DNA of 64,000 bases from the NCBI GenBank assembly GCA_964530625.1, contig CAZHAK010000003.1:35476-99475 (forward strand), in the 5' to 3' direction. The notes under the pieces are model-generated. The model worked only from the letters and a program-made list of their open reading frames with translations. It made no database searches and was not told the DNA's origin. The DNA is from an uncultured Alphaproteobacteria bacterium (GTDB taxonomy: Bacteria; Electryoneota; RPQS01). Positions 17,794 through 24,974 of this stretch are shown piece by piece. The stretch's first letter is position 1; each line of letters begins with the position of its first letter. The position numbers and the translations under genes are program-made.

Positions 17794-17824
17794 CCATTGC
17801 GGGTCTGGAGACCCACAACGGCGA
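17794..17824 (+). repeat. dispersed repeat family A, short form
   Basis: ccattgcgggtctggagacccacaacggcga, identical to 19862-19892. Related to the long forms at 28678 and 31707. Confidence 0.9.
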
Positions 17825-17934
17825 GGGGGGGGGATGGAGACGAGGCCCCTATCCCCGGCCCCTTTTGCTTCACTTCGTTCGAGCACAGGCTCCCGTGAAC
17901 GGAGAAGAGGGAGCGCGGAAGAGGGGGCAACCAG

Positions 17935-17970
17935 CCCTACAGGGACAGGCTTGGGTGCCGCCGCGAATGA
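17935..17970 (+). repeat. dispersed repeat family C (ccctacagggacaggc...ccgccgcgaat)
   Basis: ccctacagggacaggcttgggtgccgccgcgaatga. Related copies at 24926-24956 and, in part, 19618-19644. Confidence 0.7.
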
Positions 17971-18004
17971 GAAAACGCAGCCCCAGTCCATAAGACGGGG
18001 GCTG
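17971..18004 (-). terminator. intrinsic terminator of the fasciclin gene
   Basis: Minus-strand hairpin cagcccc-gtcttatggact-ggggctg followed by cgttttctc. Confidence 0.7.
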
Positions 18005-18048
18005 TTCTCTTCCTGATCGCAATTGTTGCGCGCGGCGACGAGGAGTAT

Positions 18049-18621
18049 CTATTTCATACTTCGGCCATACAGCATCTGCGGCATCAGCACTTCGTCCACG
18101 ACATGAACGACTCCGTTGTCTGCCGTCATTTCAGAGCCCGTGATCTTGGCGCTGCCCACCCAGACGACTCGATTTTCAATTGTGATCGGCAGTTGATCGC
18201 CCATCACTGTCGTAAGTGACTGCCCGCTCATCTTTATCAAATCATCATACGTTAGTGTTGTGCCGACCACGATATGATTCTGCAGAGCGATTTTCAGTTT
18301 TCCTTTGTCGGAAAGTTTCTGTATCTCGGTTTCGGCGCATACTTCAAAAGCTTCGTTTGTCGGAGCAAACACCGTATACGGTCCTCTTGACTCCAACACA
18401 CCTTGAAGCCCCGCAGTCCTTGCCTTCTGAGCGAACTTGCTCAACTCACTTTCTGAATTGACGACTGCAAACACGGTACCTGGACGAGCCTTGTTCTGCG
18501 TGATCGCCGGAGTTTCTCTGGCCGCTTGATTCTGGCCGTCGGATTGAGCGAAAAGCACTCCTCCTGCAATCAGCATTGCCGCGAGGGTCGCGGCGATGAT
18601 GCGATCTCTCATGATGTCCAT
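18049..18621 (-). CDS. fasciclin (FAS1) domain protein
   Basis: Signal/TM anchor, then YTVFAPTNEAFE and NGVVHVVDEVLMP, the FAS1 H1/H2 motifs. Confidence 0.9.
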   Translation of the reverse strand: MDIMRDRIIAATLAAMLIAGGVLFAQSDGQNQAARETPAITQNKARPGTVFAVVNSESELSKFAQKARTAGLQGVLESRGPYTVFAPTNEAFEVCAETEIQKLSDKGKLKIALQNHIVVGTTLTYDDLIKMSGQSLTTVMGDQLPITIENRVVWVGSAKITGSEMTADNGVVHVVDEVLMPQMLYGRSMK

Positions 18622-18955
18622 CCTTTCCGCAGTTGACTAAACTGCACCTGTTCATAGATAATCATCAACACGCTTAAGTGCGCGCTATTGTTTCAACCTC
18701 AAAAAAACGCTCGTGGTTCCACAAGAGAACGTGTAACAACTCATGATTGAACTGCACACAGTATATTTAATGAACACTATATAGACTATTGATTTGCAGT
18801 AATTTACAAAATAAAAAAAATACTTAGGAACTTTGACGACCCGTGGACTCGTTTAATAAGTTAAGGACGGGAAAGCAATCTAGAGTAATGCTCGATGCGG
18901 ATAGCACAAAATGAGCATTCAAGATGAAATAGACGGACATTACGCAGGAGGCCGT

Positions 18956-19168
18956 ATGAAAACGCTTGGAATCGTGCTAGCTATTATCGGGGCGCTGTTC
19001 TTTATTTTTGATTCGATAGACTTCGAGCGGGATAAGAAGATCATTGATCTCGGAGACATTGAAGTGACGACGAAGGACACCGATTCGATCGAGCTGAACA
19101 AGTTGGTAGGAGGAGTCGTGATCTTTGCAGGCTTAGGGCTGATCTTAGTTTCCACGAAACGGAAGTAA
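18956..19168 (+). CDS. small two-TM membrane protein
   Basis: ATG 18956 is preceded by aggagg. MKTLGIVLAIIGALFFIF ... VGGVVIFAGLGLILVS. Confidence 0.55.
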   Translation: MKTLGIVLAIIGALFFIFDSIDFERDKKIIDLGDIEVTTKDTDSIELNKLVGGVVIFAGLGLILVSTKRK

Positions 19169-19196
19169 GAAAACAAACTGTGAAGGGTGGTGAAGT

Positions 19197-19346
19197 ATGT
19201 TGTGGACGATTTTTGTCATACTTATGATCCTGTGGTTACTCGGAGTAGTGAGTTCCTACACGATCGGCGGATTCATTCATATTCTATTGGTGATTGCAAT
19301 TGCGATGGTGTTGATTCGAGTGATACGGGGTGAAAAGCCTATTTAG
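19197..19346 (+). CDS. lmo0937-family small membrane protein (49 aa)
   Basis: Below the ORF-track length cutoff. My translation is MLWTIFVILMILWLLGVVSSYTIGGFIHILLVIAIAMVLIRVIRGEKPI, which closely resembles the conserved lmo0937 family pattern (MLWTI..IL.ILWLLG....GG.IH.LLVIA). Confidence 0.7.
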   Translation: MLWTIFVILMILWLLGVVSSYTIGGFIHILLVIAIAMVLIRVIRGEKPI

Positions 19347-19378
19347 GATTACTGTCGAAATTGTGGATCACAAAAGTG

Positions 19379-19411
19379 GGGCGAGCCAAGTGGCTCGCCT
19401 CGTCCATTTTG
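19379..19411 (+). terminator. probable terminator hairpin
   Basis: ggcgagcc-aagt-ggctcgcc, then tcgtccatttt, about 30 nt after the small ORF. Confidence 0.5.
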
Positions 19412-19617
19412 CTTGATTTGGCAACCCTCTAAAGAAACTTGCCACCGCAAGGCCGGATGATGGTCATGCTTGGAAGCACGACCTAGTATCTCTTGATTGA
19501 ACGGGGAGATTAGAGCGGGCGAATTACCATCCGCCCCTACATTTATTGGGTTTGACGACTGGGTTGGGGCGAACTCTTGAGATTGTTGCGTTCGCACCGA
19601 GATCCTTCACTTCGCTT

Positions 19618-19644
19618 CCCTACAGGGACAGGCAGGATGACGAG
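19618..19644 (+). repeat. repeat family C, partial copy
   Basis: ccctacagggacaggcaggatgacgag shares its 5' half with the copies at 17935 and 24926. Confidence 0.6.
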
Positions 19645-19682
19645 TGGTTTACGTTTTCGGGATGTGCTTGGGTTGAGTGCGT

Positions 19683-19710
19683 CCTTTGAATAGATCCTTC
19701 CAGGATGATA
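19683..19710 (+). repeat. dispersed repeat family B (diverged copy)
   Basis: cctttgaatagatccttccaggatgata. Compare 19751, 23703 and 24857. Confidence 0.7.
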
Positions 19711-19750
19711 AGCGGTGTCAAGTTGTGGTCATCGAGTTAGATGTTAACGT

Positions 19751-19778
19751 CCTTTGGATAGGTCCCTGCGGGATGACA
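19751..19778 (+). repeat. dispersed repeat family B
   Basis: cctttggataggtccctgcgggatgaca. The core tccc-tgc-ggga forms a small palindrome. Confidence 0.8.
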
Positions 19779-19861
19779 GAAGGGGGGCACAACATGGTGT
19801 GCCCCTACGATTGTGGAATTCGATTAGCGCGGGGGCGGGTCGGGACCCGCCCTTTCGTTTG

Positions 19862-19892
19862 CCATTGCGGGTCTGGAGACCCACAACGGCGA
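19862..19892 (+). repeat. dispersed repeat family A, short form
   Basis: 31/31 nt identical to 17794-17824. Lies about 130 nt upstream of tRNA-Arg. Confidence 0.9.
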
Positions 19893-20019
19893 AGTTTGGC
19901 GCATGCGAAGCGCACGGGAGGTGCGTGTCACGCACCTTGACTTTATTCCTCAAATTTCATATACTTGGGTTTACTTGCGGTATTTTCGAAAGGTATGTTT
20001 TTCGAGAAGTTGCGTGTAT

Positions 20020-20093
20020 GCGCCCGTAGCTCAACTGGATAGAGCGTCTGGCTACGGACCAGAAGGTTTGGGGTTCGAATCCCTACGGGCGTA
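20020..20093 (+). tRNA. tRNA-Arg (anticodon ACG)
   Basis: Hand-folded cloverleaf. Acceptor GCGCCCG/CGGGCGT, D arm GCTC..GAGC, anticodon stem TCTGG/CCAGA, loop CTACGGA and T arm TGGGG-TTCGAAT-CCCTA. CCA is not encoded. Confidence 0.9.
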
Positions 20094-20155
20094 CTACCGA
20101 ATGATGAAGGCGGAATGATGAATGATGAATGGAAGCGGCTTGCCGCTTTTCACTT

Positions 20156-20665
20156 ATGACGGATAGCCTGCTGGAAACATTTGGAAAACCTGATCATGAC
20201 CGCTGGATGGGGGCGGCATTGGCGGAAGCGGAAAAGGCTTTCGAACGGGACGAAGTTCCGATCGGATGTGTGATTGTCCATAACGGTATGGTCATCGGGC
20301 GGGGGCATAACCTGACTGAAAACCACCAGGACCCCACCGCACACGCTGAGATGATTGCGATAACGGCGGCGGCTGAAGCACTCGGCAGCCGCCGTTTGTT
20401 AGATTGTACCCTCTATGTCACGCTGGAACCGTGCGCGATGTGCGCCGGAGCGATTGTTCTCGCGCGAATTCCGTATATTGTCTATGGCGCACCCGACCCC
20501 AAAGCGGGAGCCTGCGACACCCTCTATACCTTGCTTTCCGACCCGCGGCTGAATCATCGCGCCCACCTCGTGCGCAAAGTCCGCGAACAGGAATGCGCAG
20601 CACTTCTCTCCGCTTTTTTCGCCCACAAACGAGACGAGAAAAAACTTGGCAAGTCCGATTCCTAA
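20156..20665 (+). CDS. tadA: tRNA-specific adenosine deaminase
   Basis: CDA-fold zinc motifs HAEMIAI and PCAMCAGA. The ORF-track start 20129 overlaps a small hairpin plus T-run after the tRNA, so ATG 20156 is preferred. Confidence 0.9.
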   Translation: MTDSLLETFGKPDHDRWMGAALAEAEKAFERDEVPIGCVIVHNGMVIGRGHNLTENHQDPTAHAEMIAITAAAEALGSRRLLDCTLYVTLEPCAMCAGAIVLARIPYIVYGAPDPKAGACDTLYTLLSDPRLNHRAHLVRKVREQECAALLSAFFAHKRDEKKLGKSDS

Positions 20666-22247
20666 TCCCATTGAGCAATTGCGCGCGCGACTTTCGCAGC
20701 GCGCTGAAAGCAGTATTCCTGTTTGGCCCGTGGCGGTGCGTCCATGCGCGGAACGAAACTCGCTGGCGCTGTTGTTGGGAACGCTGCTCGGGAAATTGCC
20801 GAATGACGATATCTCGCCCTTAGTGCGGCCCGTGCTGTTGGAGCAGGCCGAGAACGGCAGTTGGAGGAATGATGTTTCGTTGACGCTGGAAGTGGTGCAG
20901 GCTCTGTCGCAATCGCAGCGACCGGAAACACGGCCCGCGCTCGACCAAGCGGTGACGTGGCTTGAGGAGTATCCGAATCGCCGGCAGCTTCGCGCGGAGA
21001 CGTTGCTATTGTTGGGACACACGACGGGACTCGGCGCGCCGATCCGATTTAAGAGTTTTTTGAAGCCGGCTTTGCACGCGGCGATTGGCTGGAGTTTTCG
21101 CAATCATCATACGTCGCGCAGATTGTCCGCGCACTTGTTGATGACCGAAGCCGGAGTGGACTCAGCGCGGATGTCGCAACTGATTCGCAGACAACTTTCG
21201 GACGGCTCGTGGGACGGTAACGTGCGCTCGACGGCTTTGGCGATGGCGGCATTGAGACAGGCTGGATTACCCGCGAGCGACAGTTTGTTTGAGCGCGGCT
21301 TTCGGTTTATGCGCGTCTTGCAGCAGTGGGACGGAAAAGATTTGTTGCAGGCGCCGTGCGACGTGTCGAACGCGCTGCATGCGACGACGGTGCGCTCGCT
21401 GCTGCTGGCGGGAGCGGACACGAATGACGTCGCGCCGTCGGCGATGCTGCTTTTGCATCATCAGGATTCGAGCGGGGGATGGAGTATCGGCAGCGGACAG
21501 CCGGTGGACGTGATGACGACGGCGATGGCGCTGGACGCGCTGTCGTTGTTTGGAGATAATCCGCTTGAGACGCGCTGGACTCGGCGGCGCGCGGTAGAGT
21601 TCTTGCTTTCGGCGCAGCATACGGACGGCAGTTTTGCGTTGATGTCAAACAACAAGTGGTTTACGCATCGCGGGGCGCGCAATCGTGCGAGTTTGGATGC
21701 TACTTGTATGGCGCTGCTGGCATTGTGTGAGAGCGGGGAGTATAACGCGCTGCCGGCAATGTACAAGGCGGCGCGGTTTATTCAGCGCGAGCAGCTTGCT
21801 GACGGATCGTTTCCGCAATCGAGTTTGAAATCGAAGCATTATACGACGGTATTGGCAGCGGAGGCGTTGGACGCGTTCGGCGCAAATCGCCGTCCGGTCG
21901 AGCGCGCACTGAGTTGGGTTGTCGCTCAGCAGCACACGCTCGGAGGGTTTTGCGACGAGCACGGCTTGACATCTTGGCATACAGCGATTGCGATTCGCGG
22001 ATTGAGTTTGCGTCCGGCGAGGTACGCCAACGAGTTGGCTTCGGCGCGCGCGCACTTGCTGTTAAGGCAGGATGACGAGACGAAATGGTGGGATGACGCG
22101 GCGGCGAATTTGTTTGTGCCGAATCTGAGTCGTTGTTTGAGCGTGACGGAACTGACGGCGATGGCCGCGCTGGAAGCACTGCACACGGGCAGTCGGGTTC
22201 GCGCGATGCGCACGCGCAAGCTGCGTGCCGCCACGCCGCGAGGATGA
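20646..22247 (+). CDS. prenyltransferase/squalene-oxidase repeat protein (alpha/alpha-toroid, terpene-cyclase fold)
   Basis: At least six QW-like repeats: ENGSWRND, QLSDGSWDGN, HQDSSGGWSIG, QHTDGSFAL, EQLADGSFPQ and QHTLGGFCDE. I found no DxDD or DDxxD motif. TTG start overlaps the tadA end. Confidence 0.7.
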   Translation: MASPIPNPIEQLRARLSQRAESSIPVWPVAVRPCAERNSLALLLGTLLGKLPNDDISPLVRPVLLEQAENGSWRNDVSLTLEVVQALSQSQRPETRPALDQAVTWLEEYPNRRQLRAETLLLLGHTTGLGAPIRFKSFLKPALHAAIGWSFRNHHTSRRLSAHLLMTEAGVDSARMSQLIRRQLSDGSWDGNVRSTALAMAALRQAGLPASDSLFERGFRFMRVLQQWDGKDLLQAPCDVSNALHATTVRSLLLAGADTNDVAPSAMLLLHHQDSSGGWSIGSGQPVDVMTTAMALDALSLFGDNPLETRWTRRRAVEFLLSAQHTDGSFALMSNNKWFTHRGARNRASLDATCMALLALCESGEYNALPAMYKAARFIQREQLADGSFPQSSLKSKHYTTVLAAEALDAFGANRRPVERALSWVVAQQHTLGGFCDEHGLTSWHTAIAIRGLSLRPARYANELASARAHLLLRQDDETKWWDDAAANLFVPNLSRCLSVTELTAMAALEALHTGSRVRAMRTRKLRAATPRG

Positions 22248-22253
22248 TTTCGC

Positions 22254-23522
22254 GTGACGCTCTTTGAAGAATTCAGTTGGCGCGGGTTGGTTTTTGACGT
22301 GACTGCGGAAACTGCGGAAGCGGTGAAGAGTCCGCTGACAGTTTATTCGGGATTTGATCCGACGGCGAAGAGTTTGCACGTGGGAAGTTTGGTTCCTTTG
22401 CTGCAGTTGCGCCGCTGTCAGTTGTTTGGTCATACGCCGATCGCGCTTGCTGGCGGCGGGACGGGAATGATTGGTGATCCATCGGGGAAATCGGCTGAGC
22501 GGAATTTGCAGACGATGGAGCAGATTGCCGAGAACATGGCGGGTATGGCGAAGCAGCTCCGGCACTTTTTGGATTTTGACGCGAAGGGCAATCCTGCTAA
22601 GCTTGTCAACAACGCCGAATGGCTCAACAGCGTGACGATGGTGGAGTTCTTGCGCGAGATTGGCAAGAATTTTTCGGTTAACGTGATGCTGCAGAAGGAA
22701 TCCGTGCGGCGCAGACTGGAAAGCGAAGACGGAATTTCTTATACGGAGTTCACGTACAGTCTGATGCAGGCGTACGACTATCTGATGCTGTTTGACCGTC
22801 ATAACTGCACGCTGCAGATTGGCGGCAGTGATCAGTGGGGGAACATCACGGCGGGTACGGATTTGATTCGGCGCAAGCGGCAGGGCAAGGCGCACGCGAT
22901 GGTGTTTCCGCTCTTGACGACGTCGAGCGGACAGAAATTCGGCAAGACGGAAGCGGGGAATATCTGGCTCGATGCCGAGATGACGTCGCCTTATCAGTTT
23001 TATCAGTATTGGTACAACACCGACGACCGCGACGTGGATCGTTGTTTGAAAACGTTTACGTTTTTGCCGCAGGAGAGGATCGCTGAGCTTGCGAAGCTTG
23101 TGGAAAATGAGCCGCAGAAACGTGAGGCGCAGACGGAGCTTGCGCGGGAGGTTACGAAGCTGGTGCATGGGGAGGCGGGCGTGCAGGCTGCCGAACGCGC
23201 CGCGAAGGTATTGTTCGGGGGAGAGCTTGACGGGCTATCGGCGAAGGATGTGTCGGGGATTTTTTCGGATGTACCGTCGTTTGCAATTCAGCGCGGAGAT
23301 ATTCAGAACGGCAAGAACGTCGTGGACTTGATTGTCGAAGCGGGGTTGTTCAAATCCAAAGGCGAAGCGCGGCGGATGATTGAGTCGGGCGGGGTGTATG
23401 TCAATAACGTGCGTGTCGGGGATGCTGCGCACACCGTCGTGATTGATCACGCGATTGAGGGGGAACTGTTGGTGCTCAGGAAAGGGAAAAAGGAGTATTT
23501 GGTGGTGAGGGTTTCTTCGTGA
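22254..23522 (+). CDS. tyrS: tyrosine--tRNA ligase
   Basis: GFDPTAKSLHVGSLVPL (HIGH-type), KFGKTE (KMSKS-type) and a C-terminal S4-like domain. GTG start. Confidence 0.95.
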   Translation: MTLFEEFSWRGLVFDVTAETAEAVKSPLTVYSGFDPTAKSLHVGSLVPLLQLRRCQLFGHTPIALAGGGTGMIGDPSGKSAERNLQTMEQIAENMAGMAKQLRHFLDFDAKGNPAKLVNNAEWLNSVTMVEFLREIGKNFSVNVMLQKESVRRRLESEDGISYTEFTYSLMQAYDYLMLFDRHNCTLQIGGSDQWGNITAGTDLIRRKRQGKAHAMVFPLLTTSSGQKFGKTEAGNIWLDAEMTSPYQFYQYWYNTDDRDVDRCLKTFTFLPQERIAELAKLVENEPQKREAQTELAREVTKLVHGEAGVQAAERAAKVLFGGELDGLSAKDVSGIFSDVPSFAIQRGDIQNGKNVVDLIVEAGLFKSKGEARRMIESGGVYVNNVRVGDAAHTVVIDHAIEGELLVLRKGKKEYLVVRVSS

Positions 23523-23702
23523 TGACAGACATGAAGACGGCCAGAGGCCGCCGCTAGCGATGTAGGCAGACCAAGGTCTGCCACTACGCCGGTCGGCAAT
23601 TCCTGTGGGATGATAGCCTGAATTGCAGCTCTGAGGGGTTCTTCACTACGTTCAGAATGACGAGTTGATTGGGATTTGTGGTTGCGCTTGAGATAGTTGC
23701 GC

Positions 23703-23730
23703 ACTTTGATGAGATCCCTGCGGGATGACA
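23703..23730 (+). repeat. dispersed repeat family B
   Basis: actttgatgagatccctgcgggatgaca. Confidence 0.8.
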
Positions 23731-23814
23731 GAATAGGGAAGAGTGGTGAGTTCGCTGGGGGATTTGGCGCTGCGAGCAGGGCGCTACAATTGTTTGAGCA
23801 GCGGTTCAGCTTGG

Positions 23815-23852
23815 GACAAAATAAAAGCCTCGCGCTCTTGAAACGCGAGGGC
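23815..23852 (-). terminator. intrinsic terminator of the cupin gene
   Basis: Minus-strand hairpin ccctcgcg-tttcaagag-cgcgagg followed by cttttatttt. Confidence 0.7.
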
Positions 23853-23878
23853 AGTTATTCTCACATGAACTATCGAAC

Positions 23879-24319
23879 TTACTTTGATTTGGAGTATTCC
23901 GTCATCCCGTGCCAATCAATCAGGACGACCGGCTCGTCTCCGACAACCCAAGCGTCGTGGCCAGGAGGCAACATCGAGACATCGCCAGGCTTGCAGTCAA
24001 ACTCAGTTCCGTCGTCCATTTTAACATGAAGCACTCCTGAGACGTGATACTGAAAGTGCGGCGCTTCACAACTTTCTGTCTTGGACGCCTCTTTCAGCGA
24101 GGTTGACCATTTCCAGCCCGGCTCAAAGACTGCTCGACCAATGGTTACTCCGTCAACTTCAACGAGTTCGAGTTGCCCTTTGGGGAAGGCGCGAACCTCG
24201 CCCGGCTTCGCAAAGCTCTTATGTACTGCACTTTTCGAGGCAGGTTCCTCTGCTTTGGACGGCGCGGCAGCGGTCGCGATAAACATACATAAGCATGATA
24301 CCAAGCACAAAGTTTTCAT
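23879..24319 (-). CDS. secreted cupin domain protein
   Basis: ATG 24319 is preceded by GGAGAAAAC. Signal peptide MKTLCLVSCLCMFIATAAAPSKA. Cupin core HFQYHVSGVLHVKMDDGTEFDCKPGDV. Confidence 0.75.
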   Translation of the reverse strand: MKTLCLVSCLCMFIATAAAPSKAEEPASKSAVHKSFAKPGEVRAFPKGQLELVEVDGVTIGRAVFEPGWKWSTSLKEASKTESCEAPHFQYHVSGVLHVKMDDGTEFDCKPGDVSMLPPGHDAWVVGDEPVVLIDWHGMTEYSKSK

Positions 24320-24433
24320 GTTTTCTCCAATTCCTTTTTTGTTGCGGCTCTGACTTATTGATAGTCGCCCTGCGACCCTAACTCCTGTTTTCAATGTAAC
24401 GACCGCTTTTCCTAAAAGCAAGACCTTACAAAT

Positions 24434-24808
24434 TTGTTACATAGTGCCAAAAAGTATACCGGGGCAGGAGCTATGTTTAGAGTTCAGGATCAAGAATTTG
24501 ATTGCTATATCGAATTTACCCTCAAGATAATCGGGGGTAAATGGAAAACGCTAATTCTCTGGAATCTTCGGGACGGAACGAAGCGCTTTGGCGAGTTAAA
24601 GAAGCTGATGCCCGGATGCACGCAAAGAATGCTGATTCGTCAACTGCGAGAACTTGAAAGCGACGGAATTGTCAAGCGAGTGGTTTACGCGCAAGTTCCC
24701 CCGAAAGTTGACTATTCTCTGACAGAACGTGGGGAAACTCTGAGACCGATTTTGGAGCTTGCGTGCAACTGGGGTGTTAATCGAGTAAATGAGCTTAATG
24801 CAGCCTGA
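24434..24808 (+). CDS. HxlR family transcriptional regulator
   Basis: [49 protein letters not shown] is a canonical HxlR wHTH. Divergent from the cupin gene. The start may be ATG 24473. Confidence 0.9.
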   Translation: MLHSAKKYTGAGAMFRVQDQEFDCYIEFTLKIIGGKWKTLILWNLRDGTKRFGELKKLMPGCTQRMLIRQLRELESDGIVKRVVYAQVPPKVDYSLTERGETLRPILELACNWGVNRVNELNAA

Positions 24809-24856
24809 CAGTAGTATGTTGGTGCGATTCTCATTTTGCGCTTCACTCTGTTGGCT

Positions 24857-24884
24857 TCTTTGAATAGATCCCTGCGGGATGACA
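24857..24884 (+). repeat. dispersed repeat family B
   Basis: tctttgaatagatccctgcgggatgaca. Confidence 0.8.
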
Positions 24885-24925
24885 ACACGATAGAAACTTT
24901 TGATATTAGGGGCAGGTGAAGACAT

Positions 24926-24956
24926 CCTTACGAGGACAGGCCTGCCGCCGCGAATA
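24926..24956 (+). repeat. dispersed repeat family C
   Basis: ccttacgaggacaggcctgccgccgcgaata. Compare 17935-17970. Confidence 0.7.
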
Positions 24957-24974
24957 ACGTAAGGGGTAAGATTT

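Noticed and set aside
17627-18016. Five overlapping 60-107-aa ORFs on both strands
   Set aside because: They lie in repeat-mosaic DNA and overlap one another. They are Gly/Arg/Pro-rich and are generated by translating GC hairpin repeats.
19349-20118. ORFs 19349..19597, 19677..19940, 19744..19953, 19754..20029 and 19903..20118
   Set aside because: The artefact is the same, translation of repeat families A-C. The last ORF reads straight through the tRNA-Arg gene.
20399-21103. 234-aa minus-strand ORF
   Set aside because: It overlaps tadA and the QW-repeat gene on the opposite strand. No motifs are present, and the composition is Ser/Arg/Cys-rich noise.
20646-22247. Calling the QW-repeat protein a squalene-hopene cyclase (shc)
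   Set aside because: It is about 100-150 aa too short, and I could not find the DxDD catalytic motif. Only the fold-level call is supported.
22062-23168. 368-aa minus-strand ORF
   Set aside because: It is antisense to tyrS and to the end of the toroid gene. It is extremely Arg/His/Leu/Gln-rich with no domain signature.
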